Positions 10,057 through 18,259 of a stretch of 64,000 nt of DNA are shown one piece after another (the first letter of the stretch is position 1; each line of letters opens with the position of its first letter). The DNA lies in IMG/VR virus record IMGVR_UViG_2636415949_000001, one strand, 5' to 3'. The notes under the pieces are model-generated. The model made no database searches and had not been told where the DNA came from. It saw only the letters and a list, made by a program, of their open reading frames with translations. Source of the stretch: an uncultured virus (IMG/VR IMGVR_UViG_2636415949_000001). Its lineage: Duplodnaviria; Heunggongvirae; Uroviricota; Caudoviricetes. A program made the translations under genes and the position numbers.

Positions 10057-10072
10057 GTCGGCGGAGGTTGTA

Positions 10073-10318
10073 TTAACCCTCCGTGTTGCTGTCGGATACC
10101 TCAATCCAATCGTACAGATCTTCGGACGCGCAGCCGAGCATCATTGCGATATTGTAGGTTCGTTCGATGCTCGGAAGATTCCGAAGGCTGACGTAATCGG
10201 ACATTTGCGTTTTTGATACTCCGACCATTGCTGCGAGTTGACTGAGACTGATTCCGCGTTTCTTGCATAGTTCGGGTATCCGACATTTGCCGACCTTAAA
10301 CGTAATAAACACCTCCAT
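10073..10318 (-). CDS. XRE-family HTH regulator
   Basis: SLSQLAAMVGVSKTQMSDY HTH. Confidence 0.85.
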   Translation of the reverse strand: MEVFITFKVGKCRIPELCKKRGISLSQLAAMVGVSKTQMSDYVSLRNLPSIERTYNIAMMLGCASEDLYDWIEVSDSNTEG

Positions 10319-10371
10319 TCGTAAAGGTGTCCGTAATATTTTATCTTAATTAAGTATTAATTTCCATTAGA

Positions 10372-10581
10372 TCATTCTTTAACAATTTTAATGACTTTTT
10401 CAACTGGGACATCAAGGAATAAACAAATTTTTTCTAAAGTGCCTATGTACATTTTTAAATTCGCTTGCATGTGGTTTTCTTTAATACTGGTTTGGGTGCG
10501 TGAGCTTATGACCTGTCTGAGATCGCTCAGGTTCATTTCTTTTTCTTCTAAGGTTTTGAACAATGGGGAAAAATCGACCAT
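10372..10581 (-). CDS. Cro/CI-type HTH regulator (candidate lysogeny repressor)
   Basis: MVDFSPLFKTL...TLEKICLFLDVPVEKVI pattern; AGGAGG RBS; divergent from the aimR-like gene. Confidence 0.8.
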   Translation of the reverse strand: MVDFSPLFKTLEEKEMNLSDLRQVISSRTQTSIKENHMQANLKMYIGTLEKICLFLDVPVEKVIKIVKE

Positions 10582-10602
10582 TTTAAAAATCCTCCTAAAT
10601 AA

Positions 10603-10634
10603 ATGTTTACACGTCTAAACATTTTTATTATACT
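10603..10634 (+). promoter_or_regulatory. SigA-type promoter of the aimR-like gene overlapped by a palindromic operator
   Basis: TTTACA(10606)-17 bp-TATACT(10629); inverted repeat ATGTTTA-N6-TAAACAT at 10603-10622. Confidence 0.7.
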
Positions 10635-10694
10635 TCAATTATACTTAACGAATAGATAAAAGTCATTCATTAATTCAAATAGGGGTGAAATTAC

Positions 10695-11921
10695 ATGGAT
10701 TCCGTTCGGGATTTTTTGTTTAATAGTATAGAAGACAGGGACGACATTACAGACGATGATCTTGCTCGACATTTGAAGGTAGGGGGAAAACAGGTTAGAA
10801 ACCTACGGAACGGTGATCGCGAATTGACTTTTAGAAGTTTGCTTATTCTTACACAATTAGTTGATGGCAACAATTACCCTGAACACATCTCTAATTGGTA
10901 CGATTTACTAGATAGCGACGACTGTATCCGTAATTTATTTGAATACGCGGCTATTACAAGAAATATAGAACTGCTGGATAGACATATAAAAAAATATCAA
11001 GATGAAAAGAAATCCACTGTCGAGAAATACATCAAGGTTTACACATTCATCCGCGATTACATGAAAGGAAATATTAGCTTCTATGAGATCGATGATGAGA
11101 TCGCTAAGCTCACGACACTTAAAAACCCCAAACTTAAGCTTCTAATTGAAATATACGAGTGTATTTCTTTACTACAAAGACGAGAATTTTCATATGTACT
11201 CGCAAAGGCTTCTGAAATTGAAAAACGTATCCGAAAGATGAGCGATAAAACTCAATTATTCGAAAAGGAATGTTACTTGTACAGAGTTTCAGAGGTATTA
11301 GCATTTACACATTTATTTATGAATAATTTAGATGAAGCAAGGCACTATTCACACATCTTACTAAATGCTAAAATTAACAAAAGAGTTGATTCTGACGCTC
11401 TTTATATATTAGGAATGACCAATTTACTGCACGATGAAGAACTATGCCTCCACTACTTAAAGCGTAGTTTATCCGCAGCTGAAGAAACGGGGATAGCTAG
11501 ATTAGAGGGGTATGCATACTACAATTACAATTTCGCGAAAATTCTGATGTCCCGCAGCATCGATGACAACGCGCCTAGACCACTTCTTGCTGTTCAAAAG
11601 TTTCGTAATAATGAAATTAGTCAGGATAAAGCTCAAGAAGTAATTTTAGAAATGGGAGATCCTGATCTGACTACATATTTCGAATCGTGTTGCGGAAAAG
11701 AAAAAAGACACAAAAAGTTTTGCGAGCTGGTGTCCACTTCTAATCTTTTCTTCGCAGTTATTATTGTAAGGGATATGATTCAGTCCGGGGAGAACAGCGA
11801 CTTTGTCAAGACCCTTACAGAAAACCTAAAAACTGTAGAAAAGGGAGATGTTGTTTTTGAAGAAGATTTTATTTGTTGCTTTAATGTGTGTAGCTTTGGT
11901 GTCAGGAGTGCTTGCGCTTAA
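10695..11921 (+). CDS. aimR: AimR-like (RRNPP) arbitrium receptor: N-terminal HTH plus TPR-like helical domain
   Basis: 408 aa; HTH DDLARHLKVGGKQVRNLRNG; LFEYAAI motif; followed by an overlapping signal-peptide micro-ORF. Confidence 0.8.
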   Translation: MDSVRDFLFNSIEDRDDITDDDLARHLKVGGKQVRNLRNGDRELTFRSLLILTQLVDGNNYPEHISNWYDLLDSDDCIRNLFEYAAITRNIELLDRHIKKYQDEKKSTVEKYIKVYTFIRDYMKGNISFYEIDDEIAKLTTLKNPKLKLLIEIYECISLLQRREFSYVLAKASEIEKRIRKMSDKTQLFEKECYLYRVSEVLAFTHLFMNNLDEARHYSHILLNAKINKRVDSDALYILGMTNLLHDEELCLHYLKRSLSAAEETGIARLEGYAYYNYNFAKILMSRSIDDNAPRPLLAVQKFRNNEISQDKAQEVILEMGDPDLTTYFESCCGKEKRHKKFCELVSTSNLFFAVIIVRDMIQSGENSDFVKTLTENLKTVEKGDVVFEEDFICCFNVCSFGVRSACA

Positions 11922-11970
11922 TGCTAATGAGGGCAGCAAGGAGGTAGCAATAAACGCAATAGGGGGATAA
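11857..11970 (+). CDS. aimP: AimP-like pro-peptide MKKILFVALMCVALVSGVLALNANEGSKEVAINAIGG (predicted mature INAIGG)
   Basis: AAGGGAG RBS, TTG start, MKK plus hydrophobic signal sequence, C-terminal EVA|INAIGG; overlaps aimR 3' end. Confidence 0.85.
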   Translation: MKKILFVALMCVALVSGVLALNANEGSKEVAINAIGG

Positions 11971-11978
11971 TTATTTCT

Positions 11979-12007
11979 AAGGGCCTGTATCAAACAGGCC
12001 TCTTTTT
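11979..12007 (+). terminator. Intrinsic terminator after aimP
   Basis: GGCCTGT-ATCAA-ACAGGCC hairpin followed by TCTTTTT. Confidence 0.8.
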
Positions 12008-12027
12008 ATGTTTACATGTTTGAACAT
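12008..12027. promoter_or_regulatory. Second copy of the palindromic operator
   Basis: ATGTTTACATGTTTGAACAT, 17/20 identical to 10603-10622. Confidence 0.65.
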
Positions 12028-12128
12028 ATCTGTAAATTTACAATCTTGTTCCTTTTCAAATAACTTCAAAATATATGTGCTAATATATGGTCATGGAAGA
12101 AAATAATAAAAAAATCTTTCCTGAATGT

Positions 12129-12157
12129 GTCCATTCTGATATGTGCATTCGCAGTTA
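12129..12157 (+). promoter_or_regulatory. Phage promoter motif A, copy 2 (upstream of the sigma gene)
   Basis: GTCCATT...TTCGCAGTTA with the same 19-nt offset. Confidence 0.8.
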
Positions 12158-12178
12158 ATATTGAAAGGGGAAATCACA

Positions 12179-12814
12179 TTGCAAAATAATGAAAACTTAA
12201 TAATCTTGATTGACGATTTTCGAGAAAAAGGAGATCAAAACTCGTTCAATGAGGTTTTTGAATACTTCCGGCCGCTAGTTCGGAATCTCGCTAGAAAATA
12301 TGGTCGAGGATGTCCGATCTTGTTCGATGAAATTGTAAGCGAGCTGAACGAGAAGATATGGCGGATCGTTGAAAAGTTCGATAAGACTCGATCGAGAGAA
12401 GTAGTCGGTCATTTTAAGCTCCATCTTTCGCGGGCAGCAATCGATGTAACGCGGATGAAAAATGGGACTTATGCAAAGAAACGGGTACTGTTAGATGCTT
12501 CGGCGGAAGAGAATGCTGCAACATTCGAATCTGATTCCGATGATCTAATGGAGGATCACGTAATTGCGATGATTGATGGAGAAATAAAAACGGACCAAGA
12601 TAAGCTGCAACTTATCAAGGCCCTAACGGAAAATTCCTGCTCACTAACGACTGCAATCGTTAAGGAGCATCTTGCAAGCGAACGACCTACATACGCTTCG
12701 ATCGGCAGTAAGGTAGGCGTCCATTACAAAAAAGTAGAACGTGTAATCAAAGGGTTAGCGAAAAATTTCGACGCTTCTCACCACGGCGAACTTAACGCTT
12801 TTCTATCTGTGTAA
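12179..12814 (+). CDS. Phage sigma-70-family factor
   Basis: Region 2-like GDQNSFNEVFEYFRPLVRNLARKY...KIWRIVEKFD; C-terminal HTH TYASIGSKVGVHYKKVER; AAAGGGG RBS before TTG. Confidence 0.75.
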   Translation: MQNNENLIILIDDFREKGDQNSFNEVFEYFRPLVRNLARKYGRGCPILFDEIVSELNEKIWRIVEKFDKTRSREVVGHFKLHLSRAAIDVTRMKNGTYAKKRVLLDASAEENAATFESDSDDLMEDHVIAMIDGEIKTDQDKLQLIKALTENSCSLTTAIVKEHLASERPTYASIGSKVGVHYKKVERVIKGLAKNFDASHHGELNAFLSV

Positions 12815-12958
12815 CACACGCTATACGCAGCTAGGCCCGAAGGACTTTCGCTACGTCCTCATTGTATTGCATATTGTCAACGAATTCAAGCGAACAATTA
12901 TGCGAACATGTCCTCGGCCTAGTGCGATTATCCTTAAAATAACGGAGGCTAACGTACT

Positions 12959-13120
12959 ATGCATACATCGAATTTACCCACATTTAACGAATCTCAAACG
13001 CTTTTAGCGCTAGATGAGCGCAAACTCACCGATTTAATTTACCAAGGCGCATGGCCACACGATGAAGACCCGGCCGACTATCTTCCGTCTACTCCGATTA
13101 AGGCGGTGCGCGTCGGATGA
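12959..13120 (+). CDS. Hypothetical protein, 53 aa (not in ORF track)
   Basis: GGAGG RBS; ATGA overlap with the next gene. Confidence 0.55.
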   Translation: MHTSNLPTFNESQTLLALDERKLTDLIYQGAWPHDEDPADYLPSTPIKAVRVG

Positions 13121-13683
13121 AACATTACGAGGTCACAAGACACGCCGTTGATCGTGCGGTAGAGCGGTTAGGGATTAGCCGTGCGCAAGCGGGTTCACAC
13201 CTGCGGCAGTTAATGCAATCGGCTGTTTACGTAGGCGATCAAAGTAATCACGAAGGAAGAACCGCCAAGGTGTTCGATCATATAAAAAACAGAACACGAA
13301 TGATTGTAGATGGTATTCGTGTCGTAACCGTTTATAAAATGCACGAAGGATTAGCGCCAATCGACGCTACGCCATCCGGATATCCCAATCCAATTAACGG
13401 TCTTCCTGACGAACTGAAGGCGTTAATCAAACGTAAATCAGGCGCCATTATCGTCCGCCATAAACGCGAATTACGAAGCTTAACGATTCAGCTTGCGGAG
13501 AAGAACCTCGAAATTGCGCAGCTCGAATTAAACCGCGCAAAAGCTCGCGCACATAAGATTATCGCAGTCATTGACGCAAAGATCACCGTTGCTCGTTCTG
13601 AATACGCATCAATTAACGAAAAAGCTACCACGATTAAATCCGAAATTGAATCGATTGAGAAAGGCGTAGCGGCGTATGTCTGA
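13117..13683 (+). CDS. Hypothetical protein (THAVDRAVER motif plus coiled coil)
   Basis: 188 aa coupled ORF. Confidence 0.7.
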   Translation: MKHYEVTRHAVDRAVERLGISRAQAGSHLRQLMQSAVYVGDQSNHEGRTAKVFDHIKNRTRMIVDGIRVVTVYKMHEGLAPIDATPSGYPNPINGLPDELKALIKRKSGAIIVRHKRELRSLTIQLAEKNLEIAQLELNRAKARAHKIIAVIDAKITVARSEYASINEKATTIKSEIESIEKGVAAYV

Positions 13684-13920
13684 TCTTTCGTGGGTGGGAC
13701 CGATTGCCGCCGTCATCATCGGATTAATACTTTTCGGCATGTGGACGCAAAGTGGCGAAGACGACGCATCATAGGCGCGTCGCGTCCTCGGAGAATGTCG
13801 GGGCGGCCGTTAGGTAATCCGTGTCGCGTCGCTACTGCCAAGCGCTGGCGGCGTTTCGGGCGCAGACACCGGCATTTTGCGAGGGCGAAAAGCCTTAATA
13901 AAAACGTAGGGGGAAAACGA

Positions 13921-14727
13921 ATGACACAATTTCAGACAGGCGCAGAGGCACTCGGTTCATTAATCGGAGGTAATGGTGGGGGTTCGAATAAAGAAAAGGC
14001 CGAATTTACACGCCTTGGTGAAGAGCCGATTAAGGTTCGCGTCAAAGGTCCATTCGATTTAATGCGTTACTTTGCTTACGGAGTACACAAACAGGTCAAT
14101 ACGTTTATTGCGAAGAATCCTCCGACTTACAACAAGGACGGATTTGCAAGCGGAAACCTAACCCCGTGGGATAAAGCTTCCGATTACTATTATAAATTAG
14201 CACAGAAAGAGCCGGATAAATCAGCGAAACGGCTTGAGCTTTCTGCGCTCGGCTATAGATTCCGTGCGAAACCGCGCTATATTATGGGATTCTACGACCT
14301 AGAGTCCGGAAAAGACATTATCGTTGACTTTACGAAGAACCAAGCAATGGCGGTGTACTCAACCATTCGCGAGTATGTCGAGCTTGATAAGCAAGGCAAC
14401 GTCATTGATGGCGGTGAGCATGAAATTTACGATATGGCGTTTAAGCTCTCGAAGAAAGGAAGCGGCACTAACACGACTGGATCACTCGCGCCAATCATTA
14501 ACCTCTCGAAAGGTTTGACGGCAGAAGAACAAGCGAATCTTGAAGCTTCCGCAGGCCAGCCATTCGATACAACTATGTTTGACGGTGTATTGTACGAAAT
14601 GGACGAAGAAGAAATGACTAAGTCGCTCGTCAAAGCAGACTTCGATATCAGCATTCTCGGATTAACAATCGGTGGCAGCGCGGCAGAATCTAACGAAGCT
14701 CCTGCCGAAGATTCATTCGGATTTTAA
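13921..14727 (+). CDS. Probable phage single-stranded DNA-binding protein
   Basis: AGGGGG RBS before ATG 13921; acidic aromatic-ended tail (EAPAEDSFGF); KLSKKGSGTNT; replication-module position. Confidence 0.55.
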   Translation: MTQFQTGAEALGSLIGGNGGGSNKEKAEFTRLGEEPIKVRVKGPFDLMRYFAYGVHKQVNTFIAKNPPTYNKDGFASGNLTPWDKASDYYYKLAQKEPDKSAKRLELSALGYRFRAKPRYIMGFYDLESGKDIIVDFTKNQAMAVYSTIREYVELDKQGNVIDGGEHEIYDMAFKLSKKGSGTNTTGSLAPIINLSKGLTAEEQANLEASAGQPFDTTMFDGVLYEMDEEEMTKSLVKADFDISILGLTIGGSAAESNEAPAEDSFGF

Positions 14728-14766
14728 TCGCGATCAGACATAACCAAACGAAAAGGGGGCGCTCAT

Positions 14767-15201
14767 ATGGCGCATAAAGCAGAAGATACCGGCAAGTATT
14801 CGGAGCTGATCGCTCGTGCTGCGCTGCTGGCTAGCGGCTGGCAGGCGGTCAGTACGTCCGAAACGGAAGAGGCATTCGATATTAGCGCAAAGTGTCCGTT
14901 GAGTGGCGAGTGGAAAACGTTTCAGGTGAAGACGATTTATGATCGAAAGAAGCGCGGCAGCCTCATCGTTCAGGCGCGGAAAAGCGATCGGACACCGTAT
15001 AAGCTCGATGAAGTCGATTACTTTATCGGTGTGCTTATCGGACGCGGTCCGGTGCCTACCGTGTGGATGTTCGAGAACCGCGAGCTCACCGAGTATTGGG
15101 GGCCGCAGTCGAAGGATGGCAAACGGTGGGTTCGGATGGATTTGAATTTCCGGCGCGAAGACGTAGATCTTACGAAAATTAACGAATCGGAGGCGGTATG
15201 A
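14767..15201 (+). CDS. PD-(D/E)XK endonuclease, free-standing
   Basis: GKYSELIA, FDISA, TFQVKT, Y..DEVDYFIGV motifs. Confidence 0.65.
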   Translation: MAHKAEDTGKYSELIARAALLASGWQAVSTSETEEAFDISAKCPLSGEWKTFQVKTIYDRKKRGSLIVQARKSDRTPYKLDEVDYFIGVLIGRGPVPTVWMFENRELTEYWGPQSKDGKRWVRMDLNFRREDVDLTKINESEAV

Positions 15202-16166
15202 TGGCGAAATTAAACGGCGTTAAGACACTCGATATGGTGAACGGTGAAATTACGAAGGTTGCGTATGGCGGTTCGGAATATGTGAAGGCGGAAGGTTTAC
15301 CGAAGATGGGCGATTTGGTGCTGGCTCAGAAATGCGGTTACGACATTACCTACGGCGCTTTCTACAAAATTACGGAGGACGCCGACCATGAGGAAGACGT
15401 TAGATTCTTGGACGACGTAGATGATGGGCGGGTTAGAGATGTCGACGATTACGTACTCTTCCGCAAAGTAAGCGCCGTAACCGCAGAAGCTGAGCGTCTG
15501 AAGGTCGGTGATTATGCGAAGGTGGTCCGTGAGGAATGGGGTCATCAGTATCGAACAGATGACGTAATCGAGTTAATTGAGGAGGGGTACACCCCGAATT
15601 TTAAAGCGCGACGTCTCTTAGACGGAGAAGTTTGGTGCGTCGCTGCGTCGGAAGTTGTACGCGCCACTGACGAAGAAGTTGCCGAAGCTAAAGACACAGC
15701 AGCACGCGCTAAATTTAAAAGAGGCGATAAGGTGCGGTTGCTTTCAGGCGGCGGAGACTACCCTCTTAGCGGATTTGAGAACGATAAGATTTACGAGGTT
15801 TTATATAATAACTTCAATCACCCTAAGGGTAAACGTATTCGAATCGCTGACAGTACCGAGAGGTTCGGCTACGCAACGCCAGATCAGCTCGAAATTTTAT
15901 CCGAAGAGGAAGCCGCCGAAATCGAGCGCAAGCAAGCCGAAGAAGCGAAGTGGGCGAAGATTGGGCGCAAGATTGGCGAGTATAAGAAAGGCGATATCGC
16001 AAAACTAACAATCAGAAGTGGCGATATTTTCTTCGGTGAGATTACCGGACTTAGAGGAGGCAACTACTACGGTTTCAAGCATTTGCACGCTAAATACGGA
16101 ACTACGTCTGAGAATACGCGAGATTTAACACTCATCACGCCAGTCGAGGCGCGCTTTGACCGATAA
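15198..16166 (+). CDS. Hypothetical protein with repeated small beta (SH3-like) modules
   Basis: Repeated K.GD.V/A motifs; GGAGG RBS. Confidence 0.65.
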   Translation: MMAKLNGVKTLDMVNGEITKVAYGGSEYVKAEGLPKMGDLVLAQKCGYDITYGAFYKITEDADHEEDVRFLDDVDDGRVRDVDDYVLFRKVSAVTAEAERLKVGDYAKVVREEWGHQYRTDDVIELIEEGYTPNFKARRLLDGEVWCVAASEVVRATDEEVAEAKDTAARAKFKRGDKVRLLSGGGDYPLSGFENDKIYEVLYNNFNHPKGKRIRIADSTERFGYATPDQLEILSEEEAAEIERKQAEEAKWAKIGRKIGEYKKGDIAKLTIRSGDIFFGEITGLRGGNYYGFKHLHAKYGTTSENTRDLTLITPVEARFDR

Positions 16167-16335
16167 GCCGGCCGCCGTCTGCGCCGCATGTAACGCTAAC
16201 CTTTACGAAGGGCGATCCGCAATTTACGATTCGCTCTTCGAGGTTTATGCGTGCGGGTCGTCTTGCTGGTCGGAGTGGTATTCGGAAAATGAAGAGGAAT
16301 ATAAACGAAGATGGACGGAGGCGGTCGATTTATGA
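16156..16335 (+). CDS. Small Cys-rich protein, 59 aa (CAAC...CGSSC; not in ORF track)
   Basis: GAGG RBS, TTG start, overlaps both neighbours. Confidence 0.5.
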   Translation: MTDKPAAVCAACNANLYEGRSAIYDSLFEVYACGSSCWSEWYSENEEEYKRRWTEAVDL

Positions 16336-16483
16336 AGCGCTATAAGTTTAACGTTGATTGGTGGCTGTTGATGGCGGGGTGTGTTCTCATCGCAATATTC
16401 ACAAGCATCGTAATTATTTCCGTATTAGACAACGTATTCGGTGTATAAAAACGCAATTACTTCGTGAGGAAGGAGGACGACGG

Positions 16484-18259
16484 ATGGAAGGCTTACGGTT
16501 AAACTTGAACGCGCTTAAGCCGGCGGCACCGAAATCAGACGCAGTAGAGGCGACGGCCAAGCGGAAGGTAGAGGCGAAGAAGACGGAAACGCTTGACGAG
16601 GCTTTCGCGAGATTATCAGAGTCGAAGTTTACCGATAAGGAAAGACGCCAGTTTGACGCAGCCTACCAGGCGTTTAGAGCCGGAAACTTTGTACGCACAG
16701 GAACCGGCAAGCTAACGAAAAAGGAAGTTTGCGAGACAGGGCGAACGCATCTTGCCGAAACGGAAGCCGCAATCAGACGCCAACGTATCGAAGAAACGCT
16801 TGCGAATAAGCCGGATAACTACTATATCTTAACGGATGACTCAGAACTTCCTGGATTCGTTGAACGTATACGCGAGGAAGTACGAAGACAGCGGGCGGAA
16901 TGGCCTGATCGGTTTGAAAAAATCGGGGTAGATTCGTTAACTGCGTGTGACTTCGAGGGAACTGGCTTAGATTCCTACATCGACCTATCGATCGGCTTTT
17001 CGATATGGCTTCCGTTGTTGGAAGAAGGCTATTACTTGCCTTACGGTCATGTCGGCGGCTTTGACGTTCCTGCTGCTCATAAAGATACCGATCCACAGCT
17101 TACGCGTTCAAAAGTAATCGCTGCTATTTCGCCGTATCTCTCGACTCCTCAGCACGGTAAGACGTTTCATATGGGCGCGGCTCGGTACGATTTACATGTC
17201 GCTCAAACTGACGGTTATACGATTCGAGGATGCGTTTGGGATACGTTAGATGCAATGCATTTAATGAACGAGCACGAGCCTTCGTACGGTCTTAAGCCTT
17301 TGACGCAAAAGTACGGTAAGTATTTCGGCGTAACAGGAACGGTGTTTACTTTCGAGGACTTATTCGGAAACAGGTCGCCGGCTCCGTTTAATACAGAGTT
17401 GGTCGGTATATACGCGATCAATGACGTTAAGTATGGTTGGGGATTATGCGAGTTTCAGTTCGAAATGATGCAGAAGTACGGACGGCTCTTTGATTGCTAC
17501 GCGCTAATTGACTCGAAATTACCGGAGACTGACGTTTTCATGGAACGCTGCGGATTCTGCATTGACCTCGATCAACTCAGGGCGCTAGAAGCCGAATATG
17601 AGCCGAAGGTTGAGGAAGCGACGCGCCGAGTGTTCGAGACTTACGGTATTGACGACGAATTTGTACGCAAGATGGACCGTACCATAAACGCAACTAAGAT
17701 TCAGAAATGGATTGTGGCTCAGCAAAAACGAATACGAACAGCAGACGACCGAATTACGAAGAAATTAACGAAAGTAAACGAGATGAAAGCGGCAGGGAAA
17801 ACGCACACAAAATCGTATCAGAACGAACTTGGCTTGCTCGCAAAATACCGAAAGATGCGCGCCGAGCTTGCTGACGCCACCGTGGAAAACGCACCCCAGG
17901 ATATCAAGGAATTCGTAATTACTAACGGGAATCACATCGCGTACTTAATTTACGATCATCTCGGCATTAAAGACCAGACGTCGAAGATCGAACGCGGTAA
18001 GAAGCGGTCAACCAAGTCGGATGTACTCGATATCTACTTCGCAGAAGAACCATCGCTTGAGCCGTTAGCTACAGTTGCGGAATATACGAAGCTGCTAACG
18101 ACTTATATTCGTCCGATACTCGGCTCACACGGCGTGGAATCCGTTATGGAGGTTGACGGACGGTTGCATACGAACTTTAAAGCGGGCGGAACCGTAACGG
18201 GACGTTATTCATCGAGTTCATATCGCGCAAGAAAACCGGAGGTGGCAACGTGGCTATAA
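16484..18259 (+). CDS. polA: Family A DNA polymerase, N-terminal part (3'-5' exonuclease plus thumb)
   Basis: ExoI DFEGTGL, RYDLH, WDTL, YAINDV; ends at GTVTGRYSSS; AAGGAGG RBS. Confidence 0.85.
   Translation: MEGLRLNLNALKPAAPKSDAVEATAKRKVEAKKTETLDEAFARLSESKFTDKERRQFDAAYQAFRAGNFVRTGTGKLTKKEVCETGRTHLAETEAAIRRQRIEETLANKPDNYYILTDDSELPGFVERIREEVRRQRAEWPDRFEKIGVDSLTACDFEGTGLDSYIDLSIGFSIWLPLLEEGYYLPYGHVGGFDVPAAHKDTDPQLTRSKVIAAISPYLSTPQHGKTFHMGAARYDLHVAQTDGYTIRGCVWDTLDAMHLMNEHEPSYGLKPLTQKYGKYFGVTGTVFTFEDLFGNRSPAPFNTELVGIYAINDVKYGWGLCEFQFEMMQKYGRLFDCYALIDSKLPETDVFMERCGFCIDLDQLRALEAEYEPKVEEATRRVFETYGIDDEFVRKMDRTINATKIQKWIVAQQKRIRTADDRITKKLTKVNEMKAAGKTHTKSYQNELGLLAKYRKMRAELADATVENAPQDIKEFVITNGNHIAYLIYDHLGIKDQTSKIERGKKRSTKSDVLDIYFAEEPSLEPLATVAEYTKLLTTYIRPILGSHGVESVMEVDGRLHTNFKAGGTVTGRYSSSSYRARKPEVATWL

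Noticed and set aside
13690..13920. Arg-rich N-terminal extension of the SSB-like ORF
   Set aside because: Translation of a GC-rich structured leader; the RBS supports ATG at 13921
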